Assembly (NCBI GenBank): GCA_001777015.1
Contig: MFCV01000048.1
Span: 5,341 to 64,504 of the forward strand
Length of the DNA: 59,164 bases
From: Candidatus Daviesbacteria bacterium RIFCSPHIGHO2_02_FULL_36_13
Lineage (GTDB): Bacteria > Patescibacteriota > Microgenomatia > Daviesbacterales > UBA10151
Reading direction: 5' to 3'
The translations under genes were made by a program, and so were the position numbers. The notes beneath the pieces were generated by a model. That model ran no database searches, had not been told where the DNA came from, and worked only from the letters and a program-made list of their open reading frames with translations. Below, one piece after another: positions 28,762 to 38,343 of the stretch; the stretch's first letter is position 1; the number at the start of each line of letters is the position of its first letter.

Positions 28762-29172
28762 ATGTTTTTGGGCGAGTATAAACTTAAATTCACAGGCAAA
28801 GGAAGAGTAATTCTGCCAAAAAAGATGCGGGATGAGATAACCGGTAGGGAGGTTGTTCTGAGCCGGGGGTTTGAAGAGTGCATCTTTGGTTATGACCTGA
28901 AGTCATGGAAAATAGAGGCAGAAAAGCAGTTTGAAATATCAAATACAGAAGAACGGGGTAGAACCCTAAGGAGATATATGTTTTCAGCAAGCGTGCCAGT
29001 AGAGTTAGATGCACAGGGAAGGTTCGTCATACCGTCTGCCCTACTGACTTACGCCAAAGTGGGAAGAGAAATTGTAATTATTGGTGCTGGTGATCATTTT
29101 GAGATTTGGAATAATAAATTGTGGGAAAAGTACTTAAAAGAAATGGAAGGAGTTTATGGAAGGGTATCATGA
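28762..29172 (+). CDS. mraZ: Transcriptional regulator MraZ
   Basis: MFLGEY start; two SpoVT/AbrB-like halves (KGRVILPKKMR and QGRFVIPSAL); first gene of the dcw cluster. Confidence 0.9.
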   Translation: MFLGEYKLKFTGKGRVILPKKMRDEITGREVVLSRGFEECIFGYDLKSWKIEAEKQFEISNTEERGRTLRRYMFSASVPVELDAQGRFVIPSALLTYAKVGREIVIIGAGDHFEIWNNKLWEKYLKEMEGVYGRVS

Positions 29173-30043
29173 TTCCGTTCTTCTGAGAGAAGTAATAGAG
29201 GCTTTAAGGATTGAAAAAGATAGGTGGTATTTAGATTGTACCCTTGGGGATGGAGGTCACAGTCTTGAGATTTTAAGGCTAGGAGGAAGAGTTGTTGGAG
29301 TGGATTGTGATCCAGAGGCTTTAAAGAGGGTAAGCAAGAGGTTTGAGGAAGAAGGTATAGATAAGAGCAAGTTCGTACCTTTACAAGGTAATTTTAGGGA
29401 TTTTGATATTTTAATACAGCAAACGGACGCTGGTCTTAAATTTGCAGGTGCAATTTTTGATCTTGGGGTTTCCAGTTTGCAACTGATGAGCCCCGGAAGG
29501 GGTTTTTCTTTTTCTAAGGATGGACCCTTAGATATGAGGATGGATCCTACTTTAGAGATTCAGGCTTTAGATTTAGTTAATAACTTATCTGGAAAGGAAT
29601 TATATGAATTATTTAAAAACTTGGGTGAAGAAAAATATTCTAAGCGTTTGGGTAATGCTTTGGTGCTCGCCCGTCAAATAAAGCCGTTTAGTACGACTTT
29701 GGAGTTGGCTAATTTGATAGAACGGGCAGTAGGAAGAAGAGAAAAAATTCATCCTGCCACCAGAGTGTTTCAAGCTTTAAGAATGGTTGTAAATGATGAG
29801 TTAAACGCTATAGAAGAAGGTTTAAATAAAGTAAAGGATAAAATAGAAAAAAATGGTTACATTGCTGTTATTAGTTTTCATTCACTTGAGGATAGGATTG
29901 TTAAATTTGCGTTTAAAAGATGGGCTGAGGAAGGACTGGGTAGGATTATAACTGATAAACCGATTGTTCCAAGCGAACAAGAAGTATTAGAAAATCCCAG
30001 ATCCAGATCAGCCAAGTTGAGGATTTTTGAGGCAGGAGCTTGA
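29156..30043 (+). CDS. rsmH: 16S rRNA (cytosine1402-N4)-methyltransferase RsmH
   Basis: HDSVLLREV, DCTLGDGGHS, FDLGVSSLQL, ISFHSLEDRIVK. Confidence 0.9.
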   Translation: MEGYHDSVLLREVIEALRIEKDRWYLDCTLGDGGHSLEILRLGGRVVGVDCDPEALKRVSKRFEEEGIDKSKFVPLQGNFRDFDILIQQTDAGLKFAGAIFDLGVSSLQLMSPGRGFSFSKDGPLDMRMDPTLEIQALDLVNNLSGKELYELFKNLGEEKYSKRLGNALVLARQIKPFSTTLELANLIERAVGRREKIHPATRVFQALRMVVNDELNAIEEGLNKVKDKIEKNGYIAVISFHSLEDRIVKFAFKRWAEEGLGRIITDKPIVPSEQEVLENPRSRSAKLRIFEAGA

Positions 30044-30049
30044 AATCGT

Positions 30050-30346
30050 ATGACGATTATAAAAACATTTGACACAGAAGAGAATAAAAATAAATTTCCG
30101 AAAAAATATATAATCCTAAGCATTTTAGGACTTTTTATGCTGACAATAATTGAGATTTGGGCCAGTAATACAGCTGTGGCTTTTGGTGAAAGTTTTGAAA
30201 AATTATCTCTTTCAGAAAAGAATCTGAAAATGGAAAATCAAATTCTTAAAAATGAAATTGCAAAGAAAGCTTCTCTTTCAAATATTGCATCTAGATCCGC
30301 AGAACTTGGCTTTTCTGTCTCCCAGAGTATACAATATATCCGTTAA
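30050..30346 (+). CDS. ftsL: FtsL-like small bitopic division protein
   Basis: 98 aa with one TM helix then a coiled-coil-like segment (KNLKMENQILKNEIAK). Sits between rsmH and ftsI. Confidence 0.5.
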   Translation: MTIIKTFDTEENKNKFPKKYIILSILGLFMLTIIEIWASNTAVAFGESFEKLSLSEKNLKMENQILKNEIAKKASLSNIASRSAELGFSVSQSIQYIR

Positions 30347-30348
30347 AC

Positions 30349-32046
30349 ATGCGGATAATTTGGATTAAATCTTTTTTTCTTTTATTCTTTCTTTGTATCA
30401 TTTTAAGATTATTTTATTGGCAGGTTGTTAGAGCAGAGTTCTTGCAAGCCCAGGCAGAGGAACAGCATTTTACTGATGTCAGGGTGGCTGCTTTAAGAGG
30501 AAATATTTTTTTTAGTGATGGTTTTTTGATGACTTCTTCTAATCCTTCATTTTCTCTTTTTGGACAGCCTAAATTAATTTCTAAGGAAAAAAAGGTAGAA
30601 ACTGGGTATTTGCTTGCTCGGAATCTGGTCGGGGGAGAAGAAAATATAGATATTCTGGCAAAAGAATTTATTAATAAACTATCACAGGATTTATTCTGGG
30701 TTTCTCTAGAAAGAGGGCTTTCATTTGAGACAAAGAAGAAGCTTGAAGGCTTAAATTTAGAAGGAGTAGGATTTGATTTAGGAAGTAATAGATTTTATCC
30801 TGAAGGATCTTCTTCTGCTCATATTTTAGGTTTTGTAGGTTCTGATAGCAGGGGAGGCAATAAAGGTTATTTTGGTTTAGAAGGATATTATGATGGGGAA
30901 TTAAAAGGAATTTCCGGTTTAATACGTCATGAAAAGGATGCGATGGGATTGCCGATTTTAATTGGTAATTTTTTAACCTCGGATGCTAAAAATGGAAAGA
31001 ATTTAGAAACTTATATTGATAGATCTATTCAATTTATTGTAGAAACTGCTTTGAAAAAAGGCATTGAAAAATACGGTGCAAAAGCTGCATCAGCAGTAGT
31101 TATGGATCCTAAAACAGGAGGTATTTTGGCTTTGGCTTCGCTGCCTAATTATGATCCTGCGAAGTTTTCAAGTTTTCCTAAAGAATTTTATAAAAATCCA
31201 ATAGTAGCTGATCAATATGAACCAGGTTCAACTTTTAAAGTATTAGTTATGGCTGCTGCCTTAAATGAAGATGTTTTAAAACCAGATACAAAGTGTGATA
31301 TATGTGCGGGTCCCATCTCTTTGGGTGGATTTACAATTCGCACCTGGAATAACCAATACCGTCCTGAAAGCACTATGACAGATGTCATTATTCATTCAGA
31401 TAATACCGGAATGGTATTTACTTCAAAAAAATTAGGCATAGATAAATTTTATTCATATTTGGAAAATTTTGGCTTTGGCAGTTCCACTAATATTGATTTG
31501 CAGGATGAATTTTCTCCGGAAATAAGGTCTAAAGAGACTTTTAAAGAAATAGACTTGGCAACAGCATCGTTCGGTCAGGGAATTGCGGTTACCCCAATCC
31601 AGATGGTTAGGGCTGTTTCAGCAATTGCCAATGGAGGATATTTGATGGAGCCGCATATTGTAAAAACTATTACAGATGAGGAAGGAAGTTTTGAAATTAA
31701 TCCTAAAATAATTAGGCAGGTTATCAAAGAGCCAACTGCTCAGATGGTTAAAGAAATGATGGTAGCGGCAGTAAATGATGGTGAAGCAAAATTTGCAAAA
31801 CCTAAAGGCTTTAAGATAGCAGGAAAAACTGGAACTGCACAGATTCCTGTGGCAGGCCATTATGATGCCAATAAAACAATTGCTTCATTTGTTGGATTTG
31901 CCCCGGCAGATGATCCTAAATTTGTCATGTTGGTTAGATATGATGAACCCTCAAGCTCTATCTTTGGATCAGAGACAGCAGCACCAACCTTTTTTGAGAT
32001 AGCCAAACAGCTCTTTACTTACTTTAGAATAGCTCCTTCAGAATGA
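30349..32046 (+). CDS. ftsI: Class B penicillin-binding protein (FtsI/PBP transpeptidase)
   Basis: N-terminal TM; active-site motifs STFK, SDN (HSDNTG) and KTGT. Confidence 0.9.
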   Translation: MRIIWIKSFFLLFFLCIILRLFYWQVVRAEFLQAQAEEQHFTDVRVAALRGNIFFSDGFLMTSSNPSFSLFGQPKLISKEKKVETGYLLARNLVGGEENIDILAKEFINKLSQDLFWVSLERGLSFETKKKLEGLNLEGVGFDLGSNRFYPEGSSSAHILGFVGSDSRGGNKGYFGLEGYYDGELKGISGLIRHEKDAMGLPILIGNFLTSDAKNGKNLETYIDRSIQFIVETALKKGIEKYGAKAASAVVMDPKTGGILALASLPNYDPAKFSSFPKEFYKNPIVADQYEPGSTFKVLVMAAALNEDVLKPDTKCDICAGPISLGGFTIRTWNNQYRPESTMTDVIIHSDNTGMVFTSKKLGIDKFYSYLENFGFGSSTNIDLQDEFSPEIRSKETFKEIDLATASFGQGIAVTPIQMVRAVSAIANGGYLMEPHIVKTITDEEGSFEINPKIIRQVIKEPTAQMVKEMMVAAVNDGEAKFAKPKGFKIAGKTGTAQIPVAGHYDANKTIASFVGFAPADDPKFVMLVRYDEPSSSIFGSETAAPTFFEIAKQLFTYFRIAPSE

Positions 32047-32062
32047 GGTATAATTAGCTTCG

Positions 32063-33247
32063 ATGATGAACTTACTTCGTTCTCTTCTGCCGCAATCGTT
32101 TATTAATAACTTTTATCATTACCCTAAGGCTTTCTTAGCCAGTTTATTTTATGGATTTCCAACCAGAAAATTAACAGTTATTGGAGTTACTGGTACTGAT
32201 GGTAAAACCACCACCACTAATATGATTTATCAGATTCTAAAAGGTGCTGGGAAAAAAGTTTCTATGGTTTCCACGATCAATGCTGTAGTGGGTAGTAAAT
32301 CTTATGATACAGGATTTCATGTAACATCACCTGATCCATTTATGATACAAAAATTTGCGAGAACTGCTGTGAAAGCCGGGGATAAGTATATTGTTTTGGA
32401 GGTAACTTCTCATGGCTTAGATCAATATAGATTTTTGGGAATAAAATTTGATGTTGGAGTAATTACCAATATTACTCATGAGCATTTGGATTATCATAAA
32501 ACTTTTGAAAACTATTTAAATACAAAATTGAAGCTCTTGAAAAATGTGAGACAGTCTGTTGTAAACGAAAACCTAAAGGAAAAAGTTTCCGGAAAAGTTA
32601 TTACATTTGGTTTAATAAAAGGAGATGTTAATCAAAAAGAAGCTAAGCTTAAATTAAAAATTCCTGGTGATTACAATATCGAGAATGCATTGGCCTCTAT
32701 GGCGACTGCTTTTGTATTGGACATTGACAAAAAGATAGCAAGAAATGTATTGGAAAATTTTGAGGGCCTTTCCGGTCGAATGCAGGAGGTAAAAAATAGC
32801 AAAGGGATAAAAATTGTGATTGATTTTGCCCACACCCCAAATGGATTAGAACAGGCCCTAAAGGCATTAAAATCTCAAACCAAGGGGAGGCTGATTTCCC
32901 TGATAGGCTGTGAGGGTTTTAGGGATGAAGAAAAAAGAAAAATGATGGGAGAAATAGCTCAAAGATTATCCAGCATTGTTGTGGTTACATCTGTTGACCC
33001 AAGAGGTCAATGGAAAATTATAAAACAAAAAATAACAGAAGGAGCTTTGAAAGCAGGAGCAAGAGAAGGAATTAATTTTTTTGTAGAAGAAAATAGAGAA
33101 AAGGCAATCTATTTTGCTATTAATAAACTATCAAAAAAGGGAGATACAATCGGAATATTTGGAAAAGGACATGAGAAGTCTATGAATATAGATGGGAAAG
33201 AGATTCCCTGGTCTGATTTTGAGGAAGTGCAAAAAGCTCTGCTTTAA
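32063..33247 (+). CDS. murE: UDP-N-acetylmuramoyl-L-alanyl-D-glutamate--diamino acid ligase (MurE), short form without the usual N-terminal domain
   Basis: GVTGTDGKTTTT P-loop, THEHLDYH, GRMQEV, IDFAHTPNGLEQAL. 394 aa. Confidence 0.8.
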   Translation: MMNLLRSLLPQSFINNFYHYPKAFLASLFYGFPTRKLTVIGVTGTDGKTTTTNMIYQILKGAGKKVSMVSTINAVVGSKSYDTGFHVTSPDPFMIQKFARTAVKAGDKYIVLEVTSHGLDQYRFLGIKFDVGVITNITHEHLDYHKTFENYLNTKLKLLKNVRQSVVNENLKEKVSGKVITFGLIKGDVNQKEAKLKLKIPGDYNIENALASMATAFVLDIDKKIARNVLENFEGLSGRMQEVKNSKGIKIVIDFAHTPNGLEQALKALKSQTKGRLISLIGCEGFRDEEKRKMMGEIAQRLSSIVVVTSVDPRGQWKIIKQKITEGALKAGAREGINFFVEENREKAIYFAINKLSKKGDTIGIFGKGHEKSMNIDGKEIPWSDFEEVQKALL

Positions 33248-33248
33248 C

Positions 33249-33830
33249 ATGGATTCCAAACTCAAATTAATTATTGATTCTTTTGGTACAGATAGATTTA
33301 AGGCTAATGAATCATTAAAAGAATACACAGCTTTAAAGGTTGGAGGTCCTGCAAAGCTATTATTTGTCAGCTTTACCAACACTGAGCTTACTAGACTAAT
33401 TAAAATGTGCAGAGAGCTTAAAGTCCCTTTCTTTCTTTTTGGGACAGGTTCTAAAATGATGATATCTGATGCCGGGTTTGAAGGGATAGTTATCAAAAAT
33501 AGAACTAAAAATATTCAAACAATTTCTGTTAAGGGTAAGGTTACAAAGTTTGGCATTGGAGTTCAGGAAGCCCTAATTGAAGTAGATGCAGGAGTGAGTA
33601 TTAACAAATTCTGTGAATATTTAGATTCTCAGAAATTAGAAATGATGGGTTTTTTAGGATTGCCTGGTAGTATTGGAGGGAATATATTTTTAAGTAGGTT
33701 TTTGCAAGCATCAGTCAAAAGTATTAAAATATTAGATTCAGTATCTGATATTGAACAAATTAGTGCTGAAGAGCTGAATCCCAAAAAACATATTGTTTTA
33801 TCAGCGGTTTTCAGGGTGAAAGCAAAATAA
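33249..33830 (+). CDS. murB: MurB-like FAD-binding domain protein lacking the MurB C-terminal catalytic domain
   Basis: LKEYTALKVGGPAKLLF, FLFGTGSKMMISDAGFEG, LPGSIGGN. Ends at residue 193, directly abutting murA. Start is ATG 33249, just after the murE stop. Confidence 0.65.
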   Translation: MDSKLKLIIDSFGTDRFKANESLKEYTALKVGGPAKLLFVSFTNTELTRLIKMCRELKVPFFLFGTGSKMMISDAGFEGIVIKNRTKNIQTISVKGKVTKFGIGVQEALIEVDAGVSINKFCEYLDSQKLEMMGFLGLPGSIGGNIFLSRFLQASVKSIKILDSVSDIEQISAEELNPKKHIVLSAVFRVKAK

Positions 33831-35090
33831 ATGCAATACATAGTAACAGGCGGTAAAAGGTTAGAAGGAAAAATTAGGGCCTCTGGCAATAAAAACTCAG
33901 TATTTCCCTGCGTGGCGGCGGCATTACTGACAAATGAAGAAGTTATATTAGAAAACATTTCCAATCTACGGGATACAAAAGTTTTAATTCAAATTCTGGA
34001 GAAATTAGGAACTAAGGTAAACTGGGATGGTTCTACTCTTAAACTTCAAACAAATCAAATAAGTCATACTACTTTACCTCAAGATTTAATGGGAAAACTT
34101 AGAGGGTCTATGGTTTTAGTAGGTGCAATTTTGGCCAGGATGGGTAAGGTGCATTTTTATCACCCCGGGGGTGATATTATTGGACAAAGAAGCATAGAGA
34201 CTCATCTTGAGTGCTTTAAAAATCTGGGGGTTTCCTTAAAAAGGGATGATATAGAATTTAATTTAAGCTTTCCTGATGAAAGAAATAATGGAGATTGTGT
34301 AATTTTTCTCTCAGAATCTTCCGTAACAGCCTGCGAAAATATTATTTTAGCTGCCTCATTAGGGAAGAAGAAAGTTATTGTAAAGAATTGCCCAAAAGAA
34401 CCGCATATTTTAGATTTATGCAAAATGCTTGTTCAAATGGGAGCAAAGATTGATGGAATAGGTGGTGATACTTTAGAGATTCAGGGTGTAGAAAAACTTT
34501 CAGGAACAAAATTTAAAATTGGAATTGATTACATTGAAATTGGAACCTATGCTGTGGCAGCTGCTATCACCGGAGGAGAGGTGACTATAGAAAATTTGGA
34601 TTCTACAGACTTGGATCCTGTTTTGGAACCCTTAAAAAGGTTTGGTATAAGTGTAGATTTAAATGGTGATAAAGTTACATTTAGTGCAGAAAGGCTGAAG
34701 GCTATACCTAAAATTACAACCAATATTTGGCCAGGCTTCCCTACAGATTTAATGAGTGCGGCTATTGTTTTAGCCACCCAATGCAAAGGTGTTACTCTTT
34801 GTCATGATTGGATGTATGAATCAAGAATGTTTTTTATAGATAAACTCATTTCAATGGGTGCCAATGTTACTTTAGCTGATCCTCATAGAGTATTTGTATA
34901 TGGACCAGATAGACTTAAAGGTAGAAATTTAGAAACACCAGATATCAGAGCTGGTATGGCCTTGGTTTTAGCAGGACTGATAGCAAGAGGGAAAAGCGTC
35001 ATTAATCAGGCTGAGTTAATTGAGAGAGGTTATGAGGATGTTGTAGGAAAATTAAAAAGCCTAGGGGCTGATATTGAAAGAGTAGAATAG
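33831..35090 (+). CDS. murA: UDP-N-acetylglucosamine 1-carboxyvinyltransferase (MurA), with Asp at the Cys115 position
   Basis: GGKRLEGKIRASGNKNS, HPGGDIIGQRSIETHL, WPGFPTDL, DIRAGMALVLAG. 419 aa. Confidence 0.9.
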   Translation: MQYIVTGGKRLEGKIRASGNKNSVFPCVAAALLTNEEVILENISNLRDTKVLIQILEKLGTKVNWDGSTLKLQTNQISHTTLPQDLMGKLRGSMVLVGAILARMGKVHFYHPGGDIIGQRSIETHLECFKNLGVSLKRDDIEFNLSFPDERNNGDCVIFLSESSVTACENIILAASLGKKKVIVKNCPKEPHILDLCKMLVQMGAKIDGIGGDTLEIQGVEKLSGTKFKIGIDYIEIGTYAVAAAITGGEVTIENLDSTDLDPVLEPLKRFGISVDLNGDKVTFSAERLKAIPKITTNIWPGFPTDLMSAAIVLATQCKGVTLCHDWMYESRMFFIDKLISMGANVTLADPHRVFVYGPDRLKGRNLETPDIRAGMALVLAGLIARGKSVINQAELIERGYEDVVGKLKSLGADIERVE

Positions 35091-35091
35091 T

Positions 35092-36225
35092 ATGGATGTA
35101 GTTGGCTCTTCAAGAATACATTTAGCAAGGCAATACACAAAACTTTATTCAAAAGACCACTTTATTGGAATAACAGGTTCTGTTGGAAAAACTGCCTCGG
35201 TTAGTGCATGCTTGGCTGTCCTATCCACAAAGTTTAAAACAATTGCAACTCACCCTAATTTAGACCCCATTTTAAATATACCGCAAACTTTATTAAAAGT
35301 AACTCCTAAAGTTAAAAAAGTAATTTTGGAAATGGGAATTGAACATAAAGGGGAAATGGAATTTTATCTTTCTTTGGTTAGACCCAAAACAATTATTTTT
35401 ACTACACTGACCTTTGTGCACTCAGAGTTTTTAGGAGGATTAGACGAGATTATAGAAGAGGAAGGGATACTCCTTGAACAACTGGGCAGCGACGGGGTAG
35501 CGATCCTTAATTTTGACGATGCGGCTTCTAAAAAACTTGCAAAGAAATGCAAAGGAGAAGTTATCTACTATGGAACTGACTATCAAAATTGTACTGTTTG
35601 GGCAGGCAATATTTCTGTTAAAAATTTCACAACTTCTTTTGAATTAAATTTAGGAGTTGAGAGAGTTAAGGTTAACTATCAATTGTTAGGAGCCCATCAA
35701 ATTTACCCGGCTTTATCAGCAGCAACTTTAGGAATTTTAAATAACATTCCTCTAACAAAAATAAAAATAGCTTTGGAATCAGTTGAACCATCCGAGCACA
35801 GAATGCAGGTATTGTCTGGTCCGAATGGTTCGATTATTATTGATGATACCTATAATTCTTCACCTGCAGCTGTTGAGGCAGCTATAGATACATTAATGCA
35901 AGTTCCAGCCAGAAGAAGAGTTTTAGTTTTAGGGGAAATGAGAGAGCTCGGAAGATTTTCAGAGGAGATGCATCGCCAAATTGGCCGAAAGATATTTAAA
36001 GAGAAAATTGATTTAATTTATCTAGGTCAGGGTGATGCTCAAACCATTGAAGGAGAATTAAAAAGTTTGGGATTTTGGGATGAGAGGGTAGAATCAAATC
36101 TTCAAAATTCTCAAATCGTAGGAAAACTTTTAAAAAACTTAGGAAAAGGGGATGTAGTTTTAATTAAAGGTTCTCCTGCTGTAAGATTAGATGAGGTAGT
36201 AAAAAGAATCGCTAAAAAAATATGA
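35092..36225 (+). CDS. murF: UDP-N-acetylmuramoyl-tripeptide--D-alanyl-D-alanine ligase (MurF), short form
   Basis: GITGSVGKTA, HRMQVL, IIDDTYNSSPAAVEAAIDTL, LGEMRELG. 377 aa. Confidence 0.8.
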   Translation: MDVVGSSRIHLARQYTKLYSKDHFIGITGSVGKTASVSACLAVLSTKFKTIATHPNLDPILNIPQTLLKVTPKVKKVILEMGIEHKGEMEFYLSLVRPKTIIFTTLTFVHSEFLGGLDEIIEEEGILLEQLGSDGVAILNFDDAASKKLAKKCKGEVIYYGTDYQNCTVWAGNISVKNFTTSFELNLGVERVKVNYQLLGAHQIYPALSAATLGILNNIPLTKIKIALESVEPSEHRMQVLSGPNGSIIIDDTYNSSPAAVEAAIDTLMQVPARRRVLVLGEMRELGRFSEEMHRQIGRKIFKEKIDLIYLGQGDAQTIEGELKSLGFWDERVESNLQNSQIVGKLLKNLGKGDVVLIKGSPAVRLDEVVKRIAKKI

Positions 36226-37229
36226 CTGAACTTCTTGGATTAGTTTTATTATCATTTGCCTTAACATCTATTTGTATGGTTCCTTTCATAGATTTTCTTT
36301 ACTATTTAAAAAGAAAATTTCAAATATATTCTTCAGAAATAAAAAAATCTGAAACACCAATTCACGATAAACTGATGAAATCAGATATAAAAATTCCATC
36401 AGGAGGGGGAGTTTTAATAATCATAGTCCTGATTTTACTGGCAGGGGGGTATGGCTTATTTAATCCTCAAAAAGATCTAATCACTCTCAATATACTCCTT
36501 TTTACACTAGCTTCATTTGGTGTTTTAGGGCTTATAGATGATATTAAGCTGATTATGACAAAAAGATCAGGAAAATTTTTAGGACTTGGAAAAAAGATCA
36601 TGCTTTTTGTTCAATTCTTGCTTGCATTTGTAATAGCTACAGCACTTTATTACATGGCAGGAATAAATAATATATACATCTCGGGTTTTGGGAATTTTGT
36701 AATTGATTTTTGGTATATACCTCTAGCCGCTTTTATAATAGTTTCATTTGCCAATGCCTATAATATTTCTGATGGACTAGACGGTTTGTCAGCAGGCCTT
36801 TTGCTTATTTGCTTATTTGCTTTTTTAGCCTTAACATCCCGATCACTTGATCTAACTCTAGCATCCTTTATAGGTATTTGGATTGGGGCTTTATTTGCCT
36901 TTCTTTATTTTAATATCTGGCCAGCTAGAATTTTTTTGGGGGATGCTGGTTCCTTTGCTTTTGGAGCAACACTAGCTGTAGTAGGGCTTTTAACCGGGAA
37001 AATATTGGCTCTGGCAATAATCGGAGGGATGTTTGTAATAATTGTTGCTTCATCTTTGCTTCAAATCCTATCCAAAAAATTCCTTAAAAGAAAAATTTTG
37101 CCAGTCTCTCCAATCCATATGTATTTTAAATATGTTGGATGGGAAGAGCCAAAAATAGTTACAAGATTTTGGTTAGCCCAAGGATTATTTGCAATATTTG
37201 GCCTTTGGATAGCACTGCTTTCCAGATGA
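36222..37229 (+). CDS. mraY: Phospho-N-acetylmuramoyl-pentapeptide transferase
   Basis: GLIDD, NAYNISDGLDGL, FLGDAGS motifs; polytopic. Confidence 0.9.
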   Translation: MTELLGLVLLSFALTSICMVPFIDFLYYLKRKFQIYSSEIKKSETPIHDKLMKSDIKIPSGGGVLIIIVLILLAGGYGLFNPQKDLITLNILLFTLASFGVLGLIDDIKLIMTKRSGKFLGLGKKIMLFVQFLLAFVIATALYYMAGINNIYISGFGNFVIDFWYIPLAAFIIVSFANAYNISDGLDGLSAGLLLICLFAFLALTSRSLDLTLASFIGIWIGALFAFLYFNIWPARIFLGDAGSFAFGATLAVVGLLTGKILALAIIGGMFVIIVASSLLQILSKKFLKRKILPVSPIHMYFKYVGWEEPKIVTRFWLAQGLFAIFGLWIALLSR

Positions 37230-37248
37230 GCAAAGCTCTAGTTTCATT

Positions 37249-38343
37249 ATGAAAAAAAATCCGTCTCTTCATCAGCAAAAAAAGGGTTTTGATTTAACTC
37301 TTTTTTTTACAGTTATTATTCTAGTAATTTTCGGACTCATCATGGTTTATGATGCTTCTGTTGTTCAGGGATTAAAGGATTTTGGAGACAGTTATTATTA
37401 CATTAGACAACAGTTAATTTGGGTCAGCTTAGGATTAGCTTCTTTGTTATTTTTTACACACTTTGATTATAGAAAATTTAAACAATACTCACTTCCTTTA
37501 GTTTTAGGATCATTTGTTTTACTTATTGCAGTTTTTATTCCGGGTCTTGGTGTATCAGGAGGAGGAGCTCACAGGTGGTTAAGAATTGGAGGGATTACAG
37601 TGCAACCTGCAGAAATAATTAAACTTACTGGAGTAATTTATTTGGCTGCAGTTTTTGAAAAGAAGGTGAGGTTCATACCTTTTTTAATTCTTGTTACCTC
37701 AGTTTCGTTTATGACTGCTGTATTACAAAAAGATTTGGGTTCAACAATTGTATTTGCAGCTACAACAACTTTAATATATTTTGCTGCAGGGGCTCCTATT
37801 TGGCATTTCTTACTATCAATTCCTGCTGTTTTGGGAGTTTTGTTTGTTTTAATTTCAACATCAAGCTATAGAATAAAAAGAATTTCGGCTTTTTTGGATC
37901 CTTTTTCCGATCCCCAGGGATCTACTTATCATATCTCACAAGTATTAATAGCATTAGGATCCGGGGGATTATTTGGATTGGGTTTAGGTCATTCCAGACA
38001 AAAATATGAATATATTCCGGAAGTTTCAACAGACTCTATTTTTGGAATTGTAGGAGAGGAATTAGGATTTATGGGAGCAGCATTCCTAATTGGACTTTTC
38101 GTACTCCTTATTTTAAGGGGTTTAAAAATAGCAAAGGATTCCAGTGATAATTTTGGAAAAATTTTAGCATTAGGATTAACTTCCTGGCTTGGGATTCAGA
38201 CAGTAATTAATATTTCTTCAATGACAGCTTTTTTACCTTTAACCGGAGTTCCTCTTCCCTTTATTTCTTATGGCGGTTCTGCTTTGGTTGCAAATTTGAC
38301 TGCAATGGGGATTTTGCTTAATATTTCTAAATCAAACGTATGA
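37249..38343 (+). CDS. ftsW: SEDS-family peptidoglycan glycosyltransferase FtsW
   Basis: QPAEIIKL, TDSIFGIVGEELGFMG, PLPFISYGGSA. Located between mraY and murG. Confidence 0.85.
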   Translation: MKKNPSLHQQKKGFDLTLFFTVIILVIFGLIMVYDASVVQGLKDFGDSYYYIRQQLIWVSLGLASLLFFTHFDYRKFKQYSLPLVLGSFVLLIAVFIPGLGVSGGGAHRWLRIGGITVQPAEIIKLTGVIYLAAVFEKKVRFIPFLILVTSVSFMTAVLQKDLGSTIVFAATTTLIYFAAGAPIWHFLLSIPAVLGVLFVLISTSSYRIKRISAFLDPFSDPQGSTYHISQVLIALGSGGLFGLGLGHSRQKYEYIPEVSTDSIFGIVGEELGFMGAAFLIGLFVLLILRGLKIAKDSSDNFGKILALGLTSWLGIQTVINISSMTAFLPLTGVPLPFISYGGSALVANLTAMGILLNISKSNV

